33,834 nucleotides of DNA from Bacteriovoracaceae bacterium (GCA_041586955.1 JBFGZE010000025.1:1-33834); one strand, 5' to 3'. Counted from the stretch's first letter, positions 16,837 through 26,530 are shown. Notes: generated by a model from the letters alone, not told the origin. Numbers and translations: made by a program.

Positions 16837-17319
16837 ATGAAGCTATTATTATTTATTATTTTAACGACTCTCATTTCTCCCATTGCTATGGCCGGGAAAG
16901 GAGATAAAAGTCTTGGTGGTTGTGGACTGGGTTGGGCCGTGGCCCCTCGTAATTCAATGGTCTCAAGTACAACAAGAGGAACAACGAATTCCTCGACATT
17001 GCCTTTTGGCACAACTTCTGGAACCAGTGGCTGTGCTCAACATAGTATCGTTTTTAATCATAAGCTTAAGCAGCATATGGCGACGGTCAGTTTTGACGAA
17101 TTAATGACAGAAATGTCCAAGGGGCGTGGAGAAAACTTGATCGCTTTTTCTCGGGCCGTCGGATGTTCAGATAATTTAATAGAGCAATTTTCATCGGTTG
17201 CTAAGAGTGAATTTTCTTCTCGATTAGGAAGAAGTGAAACGCCCATCCAGCTGGTTAAGCAAGTTGAAGTAATGATTCAAAATAATTCATCACTTGCTCA
17301 GGGTTGTGTTGTTTTATAA
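16837..17319 (+). CDS. DUF3015 family secreted protein, copy 2
   Basis: RBS AGGAG then ATG at 16837 (track start 16822). Signal peptide (AMA|G); GGCGLG...FGTTSGTSGC, EMSKGRGENL.A....GC and a C-terminal Cys. Confidence 0.9.
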   Translation: MKLLLFIILTTLISPIAMAGKGDKSLGGCGLGWAVAPRNSMVSSTTRGTTNSSTLPFGTTSGTSGCAQHSIVFNHKLKQHMATVSFDELMTEMSKGRGENLIAFSRAVGCSDNLIEQFSSVAKSEFSSRLGRSETPIQLVKQVEVMIQNNSSLAQGCVVL

Positions 17320-17362
17320 ATTAGTTTTCAATGCCAAGAAAGTCTCATAAGATTTTTATTCT

Positions 17363-19258
17363 ATGAGACTTTTTTTATTTCTGCTATTTTCATTTCCCAC
17401 TTTTTCATCAGAGCTTGATGAAACTCTCTTTAAAAAAATATCAACATCACGACAATGGCATTCTCTTATGCATTACGAACCTCATTGGGGTGGGTTTGAA
17501 AGCCGTGCTGATGCGGTCAGTTTTTTCTTTGCAAAAGAGGGGAAGTATAAACCGCTGCAAGAGCTTAAGGCATCTTATCAAGCTTTTAAAAAGAGGGCTC
17601 TCGTTAAAGATTTAAATAATGATCCTCGTTGTCGTTTTCCCGCTCGCTTTGAGTATATTAAAAAGAATCTTGACCCAGGGTTAGAAAATGCCATTTGTCC
17701 CGATTTTGAGCAATGGATAAGCTCACTAGACCCTCAAACACTGTCCTTAGTCTATACCAGTAGCTTTCCCAATAACCCTGCTTCAACCTTTGGCCATACT
17801 TTTATTAAAATCGTGTCTAAAAAGTCCGCTGCTATCCAGAACGCAAAAGGTAATAATAAAAAATTAGATCTTCTCGATTATTACGTGGGGTTTTCCGCTC
17901 AAATTGCTGATCCCAATCCGATTGAATATATCATTAAAGGCCTGACCGGCGGTTTTCCTGGAAAATTTGAAATGGGGCCTTATTACCTTAAGGTCAATGA
18001 ATATAATAATATGGAAAGCCGGGATCTTTGGGAATTTCAATTGAATTTCACAGTGGAGCAAACCAGACGGATGCTTGCTCATATTTGGGAACTCTCGCGC
18101 AATACTCATTTTGACTATTTTTTTATGGATGAAAATTGTTCATCGCTTTTACTCAAAATATTTGAAGTCGGGCGCCCGGACTGGCAATTACTTCATCCTT
18201 GGACCATGACTGTTCCACCTCCTGAAACAATTAAGCCGCTAGCAGAAATTAATGGGGCGATTAAGGCCATTCATTTTAGGCCTTCGCTTTTTAAACGCTT
18301 CCGTCATCAATATAATTTTCTCACATCATTACAAAAGAAAAGATACCACCAGGTGATTCAAAAGAAAGTAGATGTTAAGGACATTAAAGATCCCTATCTT
18401 ATTGAGGTGGCGATGGGGAATTTTATGGTGGCCAAGAAAAAAGACCCTATAAAGTTTAAAAGAGAAGACCAACGTTTTTATACTCAGCTTTTGATTCAGC
18501 GCTCAAGGTTACCTATTATTGACAATACAGAGTTCGACCGCGTGACCTCTGACTCTCGGCCCGACTTATCTCATGGGGATAATCTTGTGGCGATAGGAAT
18601 GGGGGCAGTTAAAGATTCTCTCTTTCAAGAAATTTGGTTACGACCATTTCTTCATGACTTCCTATCACATGATATTGGTCAACCCCAATATTCTCATATT
18701 GAAGGTTTTTCAGCGAAGCTTCGTTATTATTTTGAAAAGAATAAATTAAAAAATAAATTACAATTAGATGAATTAACAGTGCTATCAATAGGTTCACTTT
18801 TTCCTTCGACTGAATTTTCCAGAAAATTTTCTTACGATGCTGGTTTAACATTATTTACACCTGATGATCTTAATTGCTTGGACTGTCGCTCATGGCGATT
18901 ACAGGGGCGCGGAGGGCATGCCTTTGAGCTTATTGCAGACTCTCTTTTACTTTATGCTCTTGGGGGGGCCCAAGTTGAATATAATGATCTTTTTAATCAT
19001 AACTTTCGCTATGGGCCCAATGCTCGTCTAGGCGTGCACTTTAAAGGAAGACGCTACCGAAATCATTTCTTTATTGATTCTTTTTGGGATCTCGGGCAGC
19101 ATGAGCGCTTGAAGTTTCATCAAGTCACACATTTTGACCAATCATTGAGCTTAGGTCGCAATAAAGAATTACGCCTTGAGATGAGTTTCTATCAAAATCA
19201 TCACGATTTTGATTTCAATAAGTATGAGCATAAGCTTTCACTACTTTTTCATTTTTAG
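17363..19258 (+). CDS. DUF4105 (Lnb N-terminal-like) Cys-His domain protein with a predicted C-terminal outer-membrane beta-barrel
   Basis: Signal peptide; W..LMHY, CRFPARF, NNPASTFGHTF (His145), ESRDLWE and YFFMDENCS (Cys259). The C-terminal strands are amphipathic and end in ...KLSLLFHF. Confidence 0.88.
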   Translation: MRLFLFLLFSFPTFSSELDETLFKKISTSRQWHSLMHYEPHWGGFESRADAVSFFFAKEGKYKPLQELKASYQAFKKRALVKDLNNDPRCRFPARFEYIKKNLDPGLENAICPDFEQWISSLDPQTLSLVYTSSFPNNPASTFGHTFIKIVSKKSAAIQNAKGNNKKLDLLDYYVGFSAQIADPNPIEYIIKGLTGGFPGKFEMGPYYLKVNEYNNMESRDLWEFQLNFTVEQTRRMLAHIWELSRNTHFDYFFMDENCSSLLLKIFEVGRPDWQLLHPWTMTVPPPETIKPLAEINGAIKAIHFRPSLFKRFRHQYNFLTSLQKKRYHQVIQKKVDVKDIKDPYLIEVAMGNFMVAKKKDPIKFKREDQRFYTQLLIQRSRLPIIDNTEFDRVTSDSRPDLSHGDNLVAIGMGAVKDSLFQEIWLRPFLHDFLSHDIGQPQYSHIEGFSAKLRYYFEKNKLKNKLQLDELTVLSIGSLFPSTEFSRKFSYDAGLTLFTPDDLNCLDCRSWRLQGRGGHAFELIADSLLLYALGGAQVEYNDLFNHNFRYGPNARLGVHFKGRRYRNHFFIDSFWDLGQHERLKFHQVTHFDQSLSLGRNKELRLEMSFYQNHHDFDFNKYEHKLSLLFHF

Positions 19259-19386
19259 CCACTTAAAGGTAGATAAGAATGATAATGCGAAATTGTATCA
19301 TTTAGAAGAATTAATCAAATGAGCAGATAATTGTTAGGTAACCTTAATTTCTGGCCTTAGCGATAAGACAGTTCTAGAATATTTAA

Positions 19387-19821
19387 ATGGAATATTTTAA
19401 AGATAAAGACAGATATTTTATACGAATTGATAAAGACGAGGATCTTTTTGGCAGCTTAGAAGAGTTTGCTCGACAAGAGAATCTCAAGGCCGGGCATCTA
19501 AGTGGTATTGGCGCTTTAAAAGATACGGAATTGGGTTTTTATCATTTGAAGAGCAAAACCTATGACCGCAAGATGGTGCCAGAAGAAGCGGAGCTTTTAA
19601 GCTTAGACGGTAATTTATCGCTTTTTGAGGGGAAACCATTTTTTCATATCCATACCGTTTTAGGAGGATCTGATTTCAAATGTTATGGAGGCCATCTCTT
19701 CTCTGCAAAAGTCGCAGTCACTTGCGAAGTCAACTTTCGCCCTTTAGATATTGATGTGGAAAGGCGAATGAATGAGAAAATCGGACTTAATCTTCTCCAT
19801 TTTTGCGGCATTAATCATTAA
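19387..19821 (+). CDS. PPC/DUF296 domain protein
   Basis: Motifs SGIGAL, ELLSLDGN, FHIH, GGHL and TCEV. Confidence 0.92.
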   Translation: MEYFKDKDRYFIRIDKDEDLFGSLEEFARQENLKAGHLSGIGALKDTELGFYHLKSKTYDRKMVPEEAELLSLDGNLSLFEGKPFFHIHTVLGGSDFKCYGGHLFSAKVAVTCEVNFRPLDIDVERRMNEKIGLNLLHFCGINH

Positions 19822-19827
19822 CAACTC

Positions 19828-20424
19828 TTAGGCCGCGAAAAAGTCCCTTTGGGTCTCTTTCGCCTCTGCTTCCATTTTTAATTGGCCATGATAACTGGCC
19901 AGGAAACGATCGTAGTTTTCTTGTGGGATACTATAGGTTGCGCTGAGCATATCCGGAAGGCCGGATTTATCACGTCTAAAAAATGAGATAAAAAAGGGCA
20001 AGCAAAAAAGAGTATAATTTATATAATAAGCGGTGGTTCTAAGCAGGGCATCTTTCATTGTTAATGGTTTCAAGACTTGTCGTCTGTTCACGATTCGCAA
20101 CCCCATGAGTAGTTTTCCAAAAGTTTGGCCACTTGAGAGATATAAACTTAAAAAGAAATAACCAAACAAGTTAATAGAATTAAGAACAAATCTAAGGTGA
20201 TGATGACTGGTATGATTGAGAATATTCCATTGAGTCTTCCCCGCTAGGCCGAATAAGTGTAATTGCACATACTCTTCAAAGCTATTCACCATTAATTGGC
20301 CAATAAGAGAAATAACAAATAGGTCGATGATAAAGGCATAAACTCTTTTGCGTAGAACCTTTTTCGACTGAAAGGGACGCGTGGGTTTAAAAAAGAGAAT
20401 ATGGCCAGTTTTAGTCTCGGTCAT
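19828..20424 (-). CDS. RDD family membrane protein
   Basis: KRVYAFIID, GQTFGKLLMGLRIV, LLR and LPDMLSAT. Confidence 0.9.
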   Translation of the reverse strand: MTETKTGHILFFKPTRPFQSKKVLRKRVYAFIIDLFVISLIGQLMVNSFEEYVQLHLFGLAGKTQWNILNHTSHHHLRFVLNSINLFGYFFLSLYLSSGQTFGKLLMGLRIVNRRQVLKPLTMKDALLRTTAYYINYTLFCLPFFISFFRRDKSGLPDMLSATYSIPQENYDRFLASYHGQLKMEAEAKETQRDFFAA

Positions 20425-20431
20425 AAATCTC

Positions 20432-20458
20432 TTTTCGGAAAATTAAGGCCAAACTTGA
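20432..20458 (-). promoter_or_regulatory. Candidate sigma28 promoter for the RDD gene (possibly leaderless)
   Basis: TCAAGTTT-N11-TCCGAAAA fills the 34-bp mutS-RDD gap, and the ATG lies 7 nt after the -10 element. Confidence 0.55.
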
Positions 20459-23167
20459 TTAATGAAGGGCCTTGCCTTGAAGCATTTGCTGTTTGATATT
20501 ATCCAACTTGCTAAGTGCTTGAATAGGAGTTAAATGCATCGGATCCAGCTTGGAAATTTCTTCCTCCAGTTGAGTAAGATACTCGGGGATTTGTGGAGGG
20601 TTTATATTTTCTTGGCCCAAAAAGCATAATTGAGTGCCTGGTAGGGTTTGAAGACAGGGGATGATTTCTTCTGGAGGAATGGCAATAGTCTGTGAAAAGG
20701 CGACAGGACTTTGACTGTCTTGATCCTCTAGGTGACCTAAAAGATTTTCTGAACGCTTGAGAATAGATTGCGGGATACCTGCTAATTTAGCGACATAAAG
20801 CCCAAAGCTTTGGGAGGCCCCTTGCTCAATAAGACGATAGAGGAATTGCACATCACCATTTTCATTATGGGTTTCAACGGTAAAGTTTTTCGCCCCTTCC
20901 AGTTCTTCGGCCACTTCAATTAATTCATGGTAATGGGTCGCAAAGAGAGTAATGGGCTTAATTTCATTGACGAAATGTTCAACTAACGCCCAGGCAATAC
21001 TGAGTCCATCAAAGGTTGAGGTTCCGCGGCCAACTTCATCAAGAATAACAAGTGAATGTTCAGAAGCGTGGCGTAGGATTTCTGCCGTTTCTGCCATTTC
21101 AACCATGAAGGTTGATTGACCTTTAAGAATATCATCGCTCGCACCTAAGCGGCTAAAGAGATAATCGCAAACACCTAAGTTGGCCTGATCACAGGGGACA
21201 AAAGATCCCAATTGGGCCAGGTGTTGAATGATCGCTACTTCACGCATCACGGTCGTTTTACCGGCCATATTGGGACCGGTAATAAGACCAAAATAATTTT
21301 CTTTATCTAATTGAATATCATGGCAGATAAATTGATCTTTAATAATTGATTTAATAAGGGGATGCCAGGCACCTTTTAATTCTAAAACCTTTTTATTGGC
21401 CGTTAGCGTAGGTTTCTTAAAGTCCTCCTGAAAGGCAACCCAGGCCAATGATGTAAAGGCATCAAGTAGACCAATGAATTGGGACAATTCCAGGAAGTGA
21501 TCAGCGAGTTGCGCCACTTTTTTGACCAAGTCGCGAAATATTTTTCGCTCAAGAGTTTCAAGTTTATCCTTGGCCGATAACATATCTTTTTCAAAGGAGA
21601 TCAATTCGTCTGACGAATAGCGCTCTGAATTGACTAATGTTTGGCGACGCTGAAAATGCTTCGGCATTTTATCACTATGAAGTTTTGATACTTCAATAAA
21701 ATATCCAGCAACATTATTGGATTTGACTCTTAGTTTGAGAATTCCCGTCTCTTGGCGGTAGCGCTCCTCTAGTTGAGTTAATTCTTCCTGAGCAGATGTG
21801 GTTAAGCGGGCGAGGCGATCTCGACTTTTGTTGAAACCTGGTTTGATCAGGTTACCTTTATCGAGGGATGCCCCAATTTCCTCATTAATTGTTCCGATGA
21901 TTTCATCAGATAATTCTTGGAGCGCTATAATTTTTTTATTGGGCAAGGGCCTAAGCCAGGAATGTGGCACTTGTTTTAATTCTTGAATCAAGAGGTTGTA
22001 TTGGAGAACCGCTTCTTTTAGATTCACCAAATCACTGGCCGTCATTTTCTGGGTTGAGACTTTTGCCAGGATGCGTTCGATATCACGAATCGGTGCGAGA
22101 ATTTCTCTTATTTCTTCCATGCGATCAGGGTTTGTGACAAGATCGCCAATAAAGGCCTGGCGTTTTTGAATTTCCTTGAGATCCATTAAGGGTTCAAGAA
22201 AAAGGTGGCGCAGAGAGCGGGCACCCATTGAACATTTGGTCTTATCCATAAACCCTAAAAGCGAGTCCTTATAAGTCTCACGATTCTTGGGGAGGATTTC
22301 TAACCCTTGGAGAGTCGGGAGAGTCGCCTGAAGGTGGCCTTCTGGATTGATAATCCGAAAGGGCCTTAAATGAAATAATTCATCTAATTGTTGAGTGGAG
22401 AGAACGTAATAGGCGAGAGCGCCCATAGGGCCTAAAAGCCCCGGGCTCTTTTTAAGGATACGGTCTCTTTTATAATTGGGAATTAATTTACTAATATAAA
22501 TTTCAGTGAACTGCTCATCAAAATAATCTTTGCTCAGGTGGGTTTTTAAGATGCCCTTGGTCTCCATCAGAGTAGACCATTCGGGGAAATCTTCCCATTG
22601 ACCCATAAAGGTGACCCATTCTTTGGGCATACGTAATTGGATCGCCTCCAATAGCTTTTGTTTAGAGCTTATGATTCGCCCCTCAAATTCACCGGTAGTG
22701 AAGTCCAAGCTAATAAGGAAAAACTGCTCACCAATTTTGCTGGCGGCCATCATATAACGGGCCTCTTTACTGTCGGCCTTATCAAGGTCATAGGGAATAC
22801 TTGGACTGACCACCTGAGTAACGGCGCGTTTAACAATGCCCTTGGCCTCTTTGGGGTCTTCTACTTGTTCACAAATGGCAACCTTGAGACCAACGCTGGT
22901 GAGGCGATCAATATAGGCCGAGGCGGCATGGTGAGGAATACCGGCCATAGGGATTTTAATTTCCCCTAATTTTCCGCGATGGGTTTGGGTAATGTTGAGA
23001 ACTTTACTCGCATGAACTGCATCTTCGAAAAATAATTCGTAAAAATCACCCATGCGAAAGAGGACTAAATGTTCATTATAGAGTTTTTTAATAGCGTAAA
23101 ATTGTTCCATCATAGGGGTGAGCTTTACGCCTTGCTCGACGAGATTCTGCAGAGTTATTGCCTTCAC
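20459..23167 (-). CDS. mutS: DNA mismatch repair protein MutS
   Basis: TPMMEQF, FRMGDFYELF, Walker A GPNMAGKT, STFMVEM, DEVGRGTS and FATHYHEL, plus a clamp-motif-like QLCFL. GTG start. Confidence 0.98.
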   Translation of the reverse strand: MKAITLQNLVEQGVKLTPMMEQFYAIKKLYNEHLVLFRMGDFYELFFEDAVHASKVLNITQTHRGKLGEIKIPMAGIPHHAASAYIDRLTSVGLKVAICEQVEDPKEAKGIVKRAVTQVVSPSIPYDLDKADSKEARYMMAASKIGEQFFLISLDFTTGEFEGRIISSKQKLLEAIQLRMPKEWVTFMGQWEDFPEWSTLMETKGILKTHLSKDYFDEQFTEIYISKLIPNYKRDRILKKSPGLLGPMGALAYYVLSTQQLDELFHLRPFRIINPEGHLQATLPTLQGLEILPKNRETYKDSLLGFMDKTKCSMGARSLRHLFLEPLMDLKEIQKRQAFIGDLVTNPDRMEEIREILAPIRDIERILAKVSTQKMTASDLVNLKEAVLQYNLLIQELKQVPHSWLRPLPNKKIIALQELSDEIIGTINEEIGASLDKGNLIKPGFNKSRDRLARLTTSAQEELTQLEERYRQETGILKLRVKSNNVAGYFIEVSKLHSDKMPKHFQRRQTLVNSERYSSDELISFEKDMLSAKDKLETLERKIFRDLVKKVAQLADHFLELSQFIGLLDAFTSLAWVAFQEDFKKPTLTANKKVLELKGAWHPLIKSIIKDQFICHDIQLDKENYFGLITGPNMAGKTTVMREVAIIQHLAQLGSFVPCDQANLGVCDYLFSRLGASDDILKGQSTFMVEMAETAEILRHASEHSLVILDEVGRGTSTFDGLSIAWALVEHFVNEIKPITLFATHYHELIEVAEELEGAKNFTVETHNENGDVQFLYRLIEQGASQSFGLYVAKLAGIPQSILKRSENLLGHLEDQDSQSPVAFSQTIAIPPEEIIPCLQTLPGTQLCFLGQENINPPQIPEYLTQLEEEISKLDPMHLTPIQALSKLDNIKQQMLQGKALH

Positions 23168-23267
23168 ATCTTTTCCTTAAGCACTGAAATCCTCAAAATT
23201 AGAAGCGCAAGAATAGCATAAAGGAAAATCTTATTGCAAACGCCGATGGCGATAAAAGTCTATAGTA

Positions 23268-23276
23268 TGCTATAAT
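23268..23276 (+). promoter_or_regulatory. Extended -10 promoter of the lpt-rpoN operon
   Basis: TGCTATAAT, 21 nt before the ATG, with the RBS GAGGGG. Confidence 0.55.
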
Positions 23277-23297
23277 TATGGGACATTTGAGGGGTCT

Positions 23298-24275
23298 ATG
23301 AATCTGCGGCGTGTTATTTTATTCTCTTTTGGATTAGGGTCCCTTTCCTTGGTTTTACTCGCCTTTTTAGGTGATTTTGAAGTACAGAACTATGCTCTAG
23401 GTGCAGCTGGCAGTAAAGAGCAAATGCCCGCTCAAAGTTATTTTACCCATGCCACTTATTTTTCTATTGGCGAAAAAAGCAAAGACTTTAAATTAAAAAG
23501 TAAGGAATTAATGTTGAGTGGCAAAGATTATTTTCTTTTTGTCAGCCCCTCAGGTGAGGTTCTACCTAAAGGTGAAGGTGAAACTATCTTCTTTAAAGGC
23601 AAATTGGGAAAATTTGAAAATGGGCCAGGTGAATTGCGATTAGAGCGTGATGTTGAAGTCTATACAGCGAACTCGAGTATTTCCGCTAACGAAATTGTTT
23701 ATGACGTGAAGCGAGGAGGGGTTCATGCCATGGGAAAGGTGAAGTCTGAACATCGATCCCTAAAAGATGGTGGTAAGATTAAAATTAAATCCCAGGATTT
23801 AAGATTTTGGCCTAAATCGAATAAGGCCCGTTACGAAGGTAATGTAGAGGGGATGATTTTTCGGCGTCGCCTCTATGAGGAGAGGATCACCTTTGCTGGA
23901 GATACTGTTTTTTTGGATCTTAATATAGAGAAAGCGACCTTAGACGGCAATGTTCGGGTCAGTCGCAAAAAAACGGATGCAACTGCCCGAAAAGGTGAAG
24001 TTTTCTTGGAAAACTATAATAAAAAGCTCAAGTATTTTGTACTTGTTGACGATGTGAAAGTAGTGGAGAGAGTTGAAATTCAAGGAAAACTCCATACGCG
24101 TAAGGCCTTTAGTGAAAAACTTGAAGGATTTATGCGTGAAAGGAAATTGGTGCTGACAGGGTATCCCAAAGTCTATCAATTAAATGATATGATCAAAGGG
24201 AATCGCATAACGCTGAGAGAGGATATTGAAGTTGTTGAAGTGGATGATGCTCTTACCAATTTTAGGGTGAAATAA
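23298..24275 (+). CDS. LPS transport periplasmic protein, LptC/LptA-like (likely fusion)
   Basis: N-terminal hydrophobic anchor followed by repeated OstA-type beta-jellyroll strands (LRLERDVEV, ARYEGNV, ATLDGNVRV, LVLTGYPKV...IKGNRITL). It sits directly upstream of lptB. Confidence 0.8.
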   Translation: MNLRRVILFSFGLGSLSLVLLAFLGDFEVQNYALGAAGSKEQMPAQSYFTHATYFSIGEKSKDFKLKSKELMLSGKDYFLFVSPSGEVLPKGEGETIFFKGKLGKFENGPGELRLERDVEVYTANSSISANEIVYDVKRGGVHAMGKVKSEHRSLKDGGKIKIKSQDLRFWPKSNKARYEGNVEGMIFRRRLYEERITFAGDTVFLDLNIEKATLDGNVRVSRKKTDATARKGEVFLENYNKKLKYFVLVDDVKVVERVEIQGKLHTRKAFSEKLEGFMRERKLVLTGYPKVYQLNDMIKGNRITLREDIEVVEVDDALTNFRVK

Positions 24276-24276
24276 C

Positions 24277-25002
24277 ATGGAAAAAGTTTTAGAGGCCAAA
24301 AATTTACAAAAATCCTATAATGGCCGCATGGTGGTTAAGGATGTAAGTTTAAAGGTTACCCAAGGTGAAATAGTGGGACTTTTGGGCCCTAACGGCGCAG
24401 GAAAGACAACCTCATTTTATATGATGGTTGGGTTAGTGAAAACCGATAATGGTTGCATTAATTTATCAGGGGAAGACTTAACCACTTTCCCGATTCATAT
24501 TAGGGCCACAAAGGGCGTGGGTTATTTGCCTCAAGAGGCATCGGTTTTTCGAGATTTGACGGTGGAAGAAAATATATATGCTTCCCTGGAGCACCGACCA
24601 ATTCCGAAAACCAAGAAGAAAAACTTATTAAATAATTTGATCCAAGATTTTGGATTAGATCATATACGCACTTCTAAAGGTGGCGCTCTCTCTGGAGGGG
24701 AGCGGCGACGAGTGGAGATTGCACGGGCGCTGGGAATGGAGCCCGCATTTATTTTGCTGGATGAACCCTTTGCGGGTGTTGACCCTTTAGCGGTGAGCGA
24801 TATTCAGCAAATTATTAAAGGATTAAAAACTCGGAATATTGGAGTTTTGATTACCGATCATAATGTCAGGGAGACCCTTGGTATTGTTGATCGAGCATAT
24901 ATTATGAATAGTGGGGAATTACTTGTCAGTGGCAGGCCCGACGAAATCATTAACGATCCCAGAGCAAGGAAGTTCTATTTAGGGGAAGAATTCAGGATGT
25001 AA
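24277..25002 (+). CDS. lptB: LPS export ABC transporter ATPase LptB
   Basis: GPNGAGKTT, YLPQEASVFR, LSGGERRRVEIARAL, LDEPFAGVDP, ITDHNVRETL and YLGEEFRM. Confidence 0.98.
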   Translation: MEKVLEAKNLQKSYNGRMVVKDVSLKVTQGEIVGLLGPNGAGKTTSFYMMVGLVKTDNGCINLSGEDLTTFPIHIRATKGVGYLPQEASVFRDLTVEENIYASLEHRPIPKTKKKNLLNNLIQDFGLDHIRTSKGGALSGGERRRVEIARALGMEPAFILLDEPFAGVDPLAVSDIQQIIKGLKTRNIGVLITDHNVRETLGIVDRAYIMNSGELLVSGRPDEIINDPRARKFYLGEEFRM

Positions 25003-25029
25003 TTCGCCATAACCTTTTGAGGTCATTGT

Positions 25030-26481
25030 ATGGCAGTTAAATTACAGCAAGGTTTAAAGCAATCGCAAAGTTTGATGATGACTCCGCAATTGCAGCAGGC
25101 CATTAAGCTTCTCACCTTAACTCATTTAGAGATGACCAATGTTATCGCCGAGGAAATGGTTGAAAACCCGATGCTGGAAGAGATTGAACCTAGTCAAAAT
25201 GCCGAAGATTATAGCGGCGAAAACCTTGAGAATCAGAATAAAGAAGCATCCTCAGATAATTTTAATGAGGAGGGAGTCGTTAAACAAGACGACTTTGATT
25301 GGCAAAACTATATAGAAACTTATAATAGCCATTCATCTACGCCCAATATGGCCACCGCTGATATGGACGAGATGCCTAATTATGAAAATATGGTTACCGT
25401 TGGCCAGACTTTGGTGGAGCATCTCGAATGGCAATTGCGAATGGAAGATCTGGGAGCTGATGATCTCAACTTTGCTCTAACTATCATCCATAATATAAAT
25501 GATGACGGTTATCTTGAAGTGCCCTTTGAAGAATTAATTGAAAAATCTGAACTTAATCGTGATCGTGCTTTTAATATTATGGAAATTGTTCAACGCCTAG
25601 ACCCCGTTGGATGTGGTGCCGAAAATCTGGTCGATTGTCTTTTGGCCCAGGCGCGTATCGCCGAGGAGCGTTCACCTTTATTAGAAAAAATCATTCGTGA
25701 CCATTTGCCGGATCTACGCAATAAAGATCAGGCGAAAATAGCCAAGGCCCTCAGTGTTTCCGAGGAGTCAGTAAAATATTCGGAAGAGGTCCTTAAAAAC
25801 TTTCATCCTAAGCCAGGCCGGCAAGTGTCTAATCAGAAAACTCATTATGTGGTTCCTGATATTTATGTGGTGCAAGTTGGTGGAGAATTTGTTGTAAAGG
25901 TTAATGATGAAGGGGTTCCGCGTTTAAAGGTATCTCAGCTGTATCAACAAATGTTACAAACAAAGGGAGATTCTGCTGGCGCCAAAGAGGCCAAGGATTA
26001 TGTCCAAGATAAGCTGCGCTCGGCCCTATGGTTAATCAAATCTATTCAAAACAGACAAAAGACAATTAATAAAGTCGCCAAGGCAATTGTTAGCCAACAA
26101 CAGGACTTTTTTAAGAAAGGATCGAAATATCTCAAACCGATGATTCTTAAAGACATTGCCAACGAAATAGGTATGCATGAATCAACAGTCTCTCGAGTGA
26201 CAACTAATAAGTATATGCATACACCTATTGGTTTGTTCGAGCTGAAGTATTTTTTTAATGCGGGGATTGGCGGTAAGAATGGAGGAATCGATGTCTCCGG
26301 TGAAGTCCTTAAAATTAAAATTAAAGAATTGATCGCTAATGAGGCCCCGAAAAAGCCATTATCCGATCAGAAAATTGCAGATTTATTAAGCCGTGATGAT
26401 GTTAAGGTTGCCCGCCGAACTGTTGCGAAGTACCGCGAAATGTTGGGAATTTTATCATCATCAAAGAGAAAGAAAAAATAG
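25030..26481 (+). CDS. rpoN: RNA polymerase sigma-54 factor
   Basis: MTPQLQQAIKLL, HESTVSRVT and the RpoN box ARRTVAKYRE. Confidence 0.99.
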   Translation: MAVKLQQGLKQSQSLMMTPQLQQAIKLLTLTHLEMTNVIAEEMVENPMLEEIEPSQNAEDYSGENLENQNKEASSDNFNEEGVVKQDDFDWQNYIETYNSHSSTPNMATADMDEMPNYENMVTVGQTLVEHLEWQLRMEDLGADDLNFALTIIHNINDDGYLEVPFEELIEKSELNRDRAFNIMEIVQRLDPVGCGAENLVDCLLAQARIAEERSPLLEKIIRDHLPDLRNKDQAKIAKALSVSEESVKYSEEVLKNFHPKPGRQVSNQKTHYVVPDIYVVQVGGEFVVKVNDEGVPRLKVSQLYQQMLQTKGDSAGAKEAKDYVQDKLRSALWLIKSIQNRQKTINKVAKAIVSQQQDFFKKGSKYLKPMILKDIANEIGMHESTVSRVTTNKYMHTPIGLFELKYFFNAGIGGKNGGIDVSGEVLKIKIKELIANEAPKKPLSDQKIADLLSRDDVKVARRTVAKYREMLGILSSSKRKKK

Positions 26482-26530
26482 GTACCTAGCACAATAAAGT
26501 GCTAGTTCCGCCCTTAGGTTAGGAGAGAGT

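Noticed and set aside
16333..17319. DUF3015 proteins as RiPP precursors or classical lipoproteins
   Set aside because: No RiPP-modifying enzymes are adjacent, and the first Cys follows a signal peptidase I site and polar residues rather than a lipobox ending the hydrophobic stretch.
19272..19302. Fur-box-like GATAAGAATGATAAT and the AATGATA/TATCATT inverted repeat
   Set aside because: Only about 11 of 19 positions match the Fur consensus; it could be a weak hairpin.
26486..26505. CTAGCAC-AATAAA-GTGCTAG between rpoN and hpf as a sigma54 promoter
   Set aside because: It lacks GG at -24 and the spacing is off by one; more likely a small mRNA hairpin.
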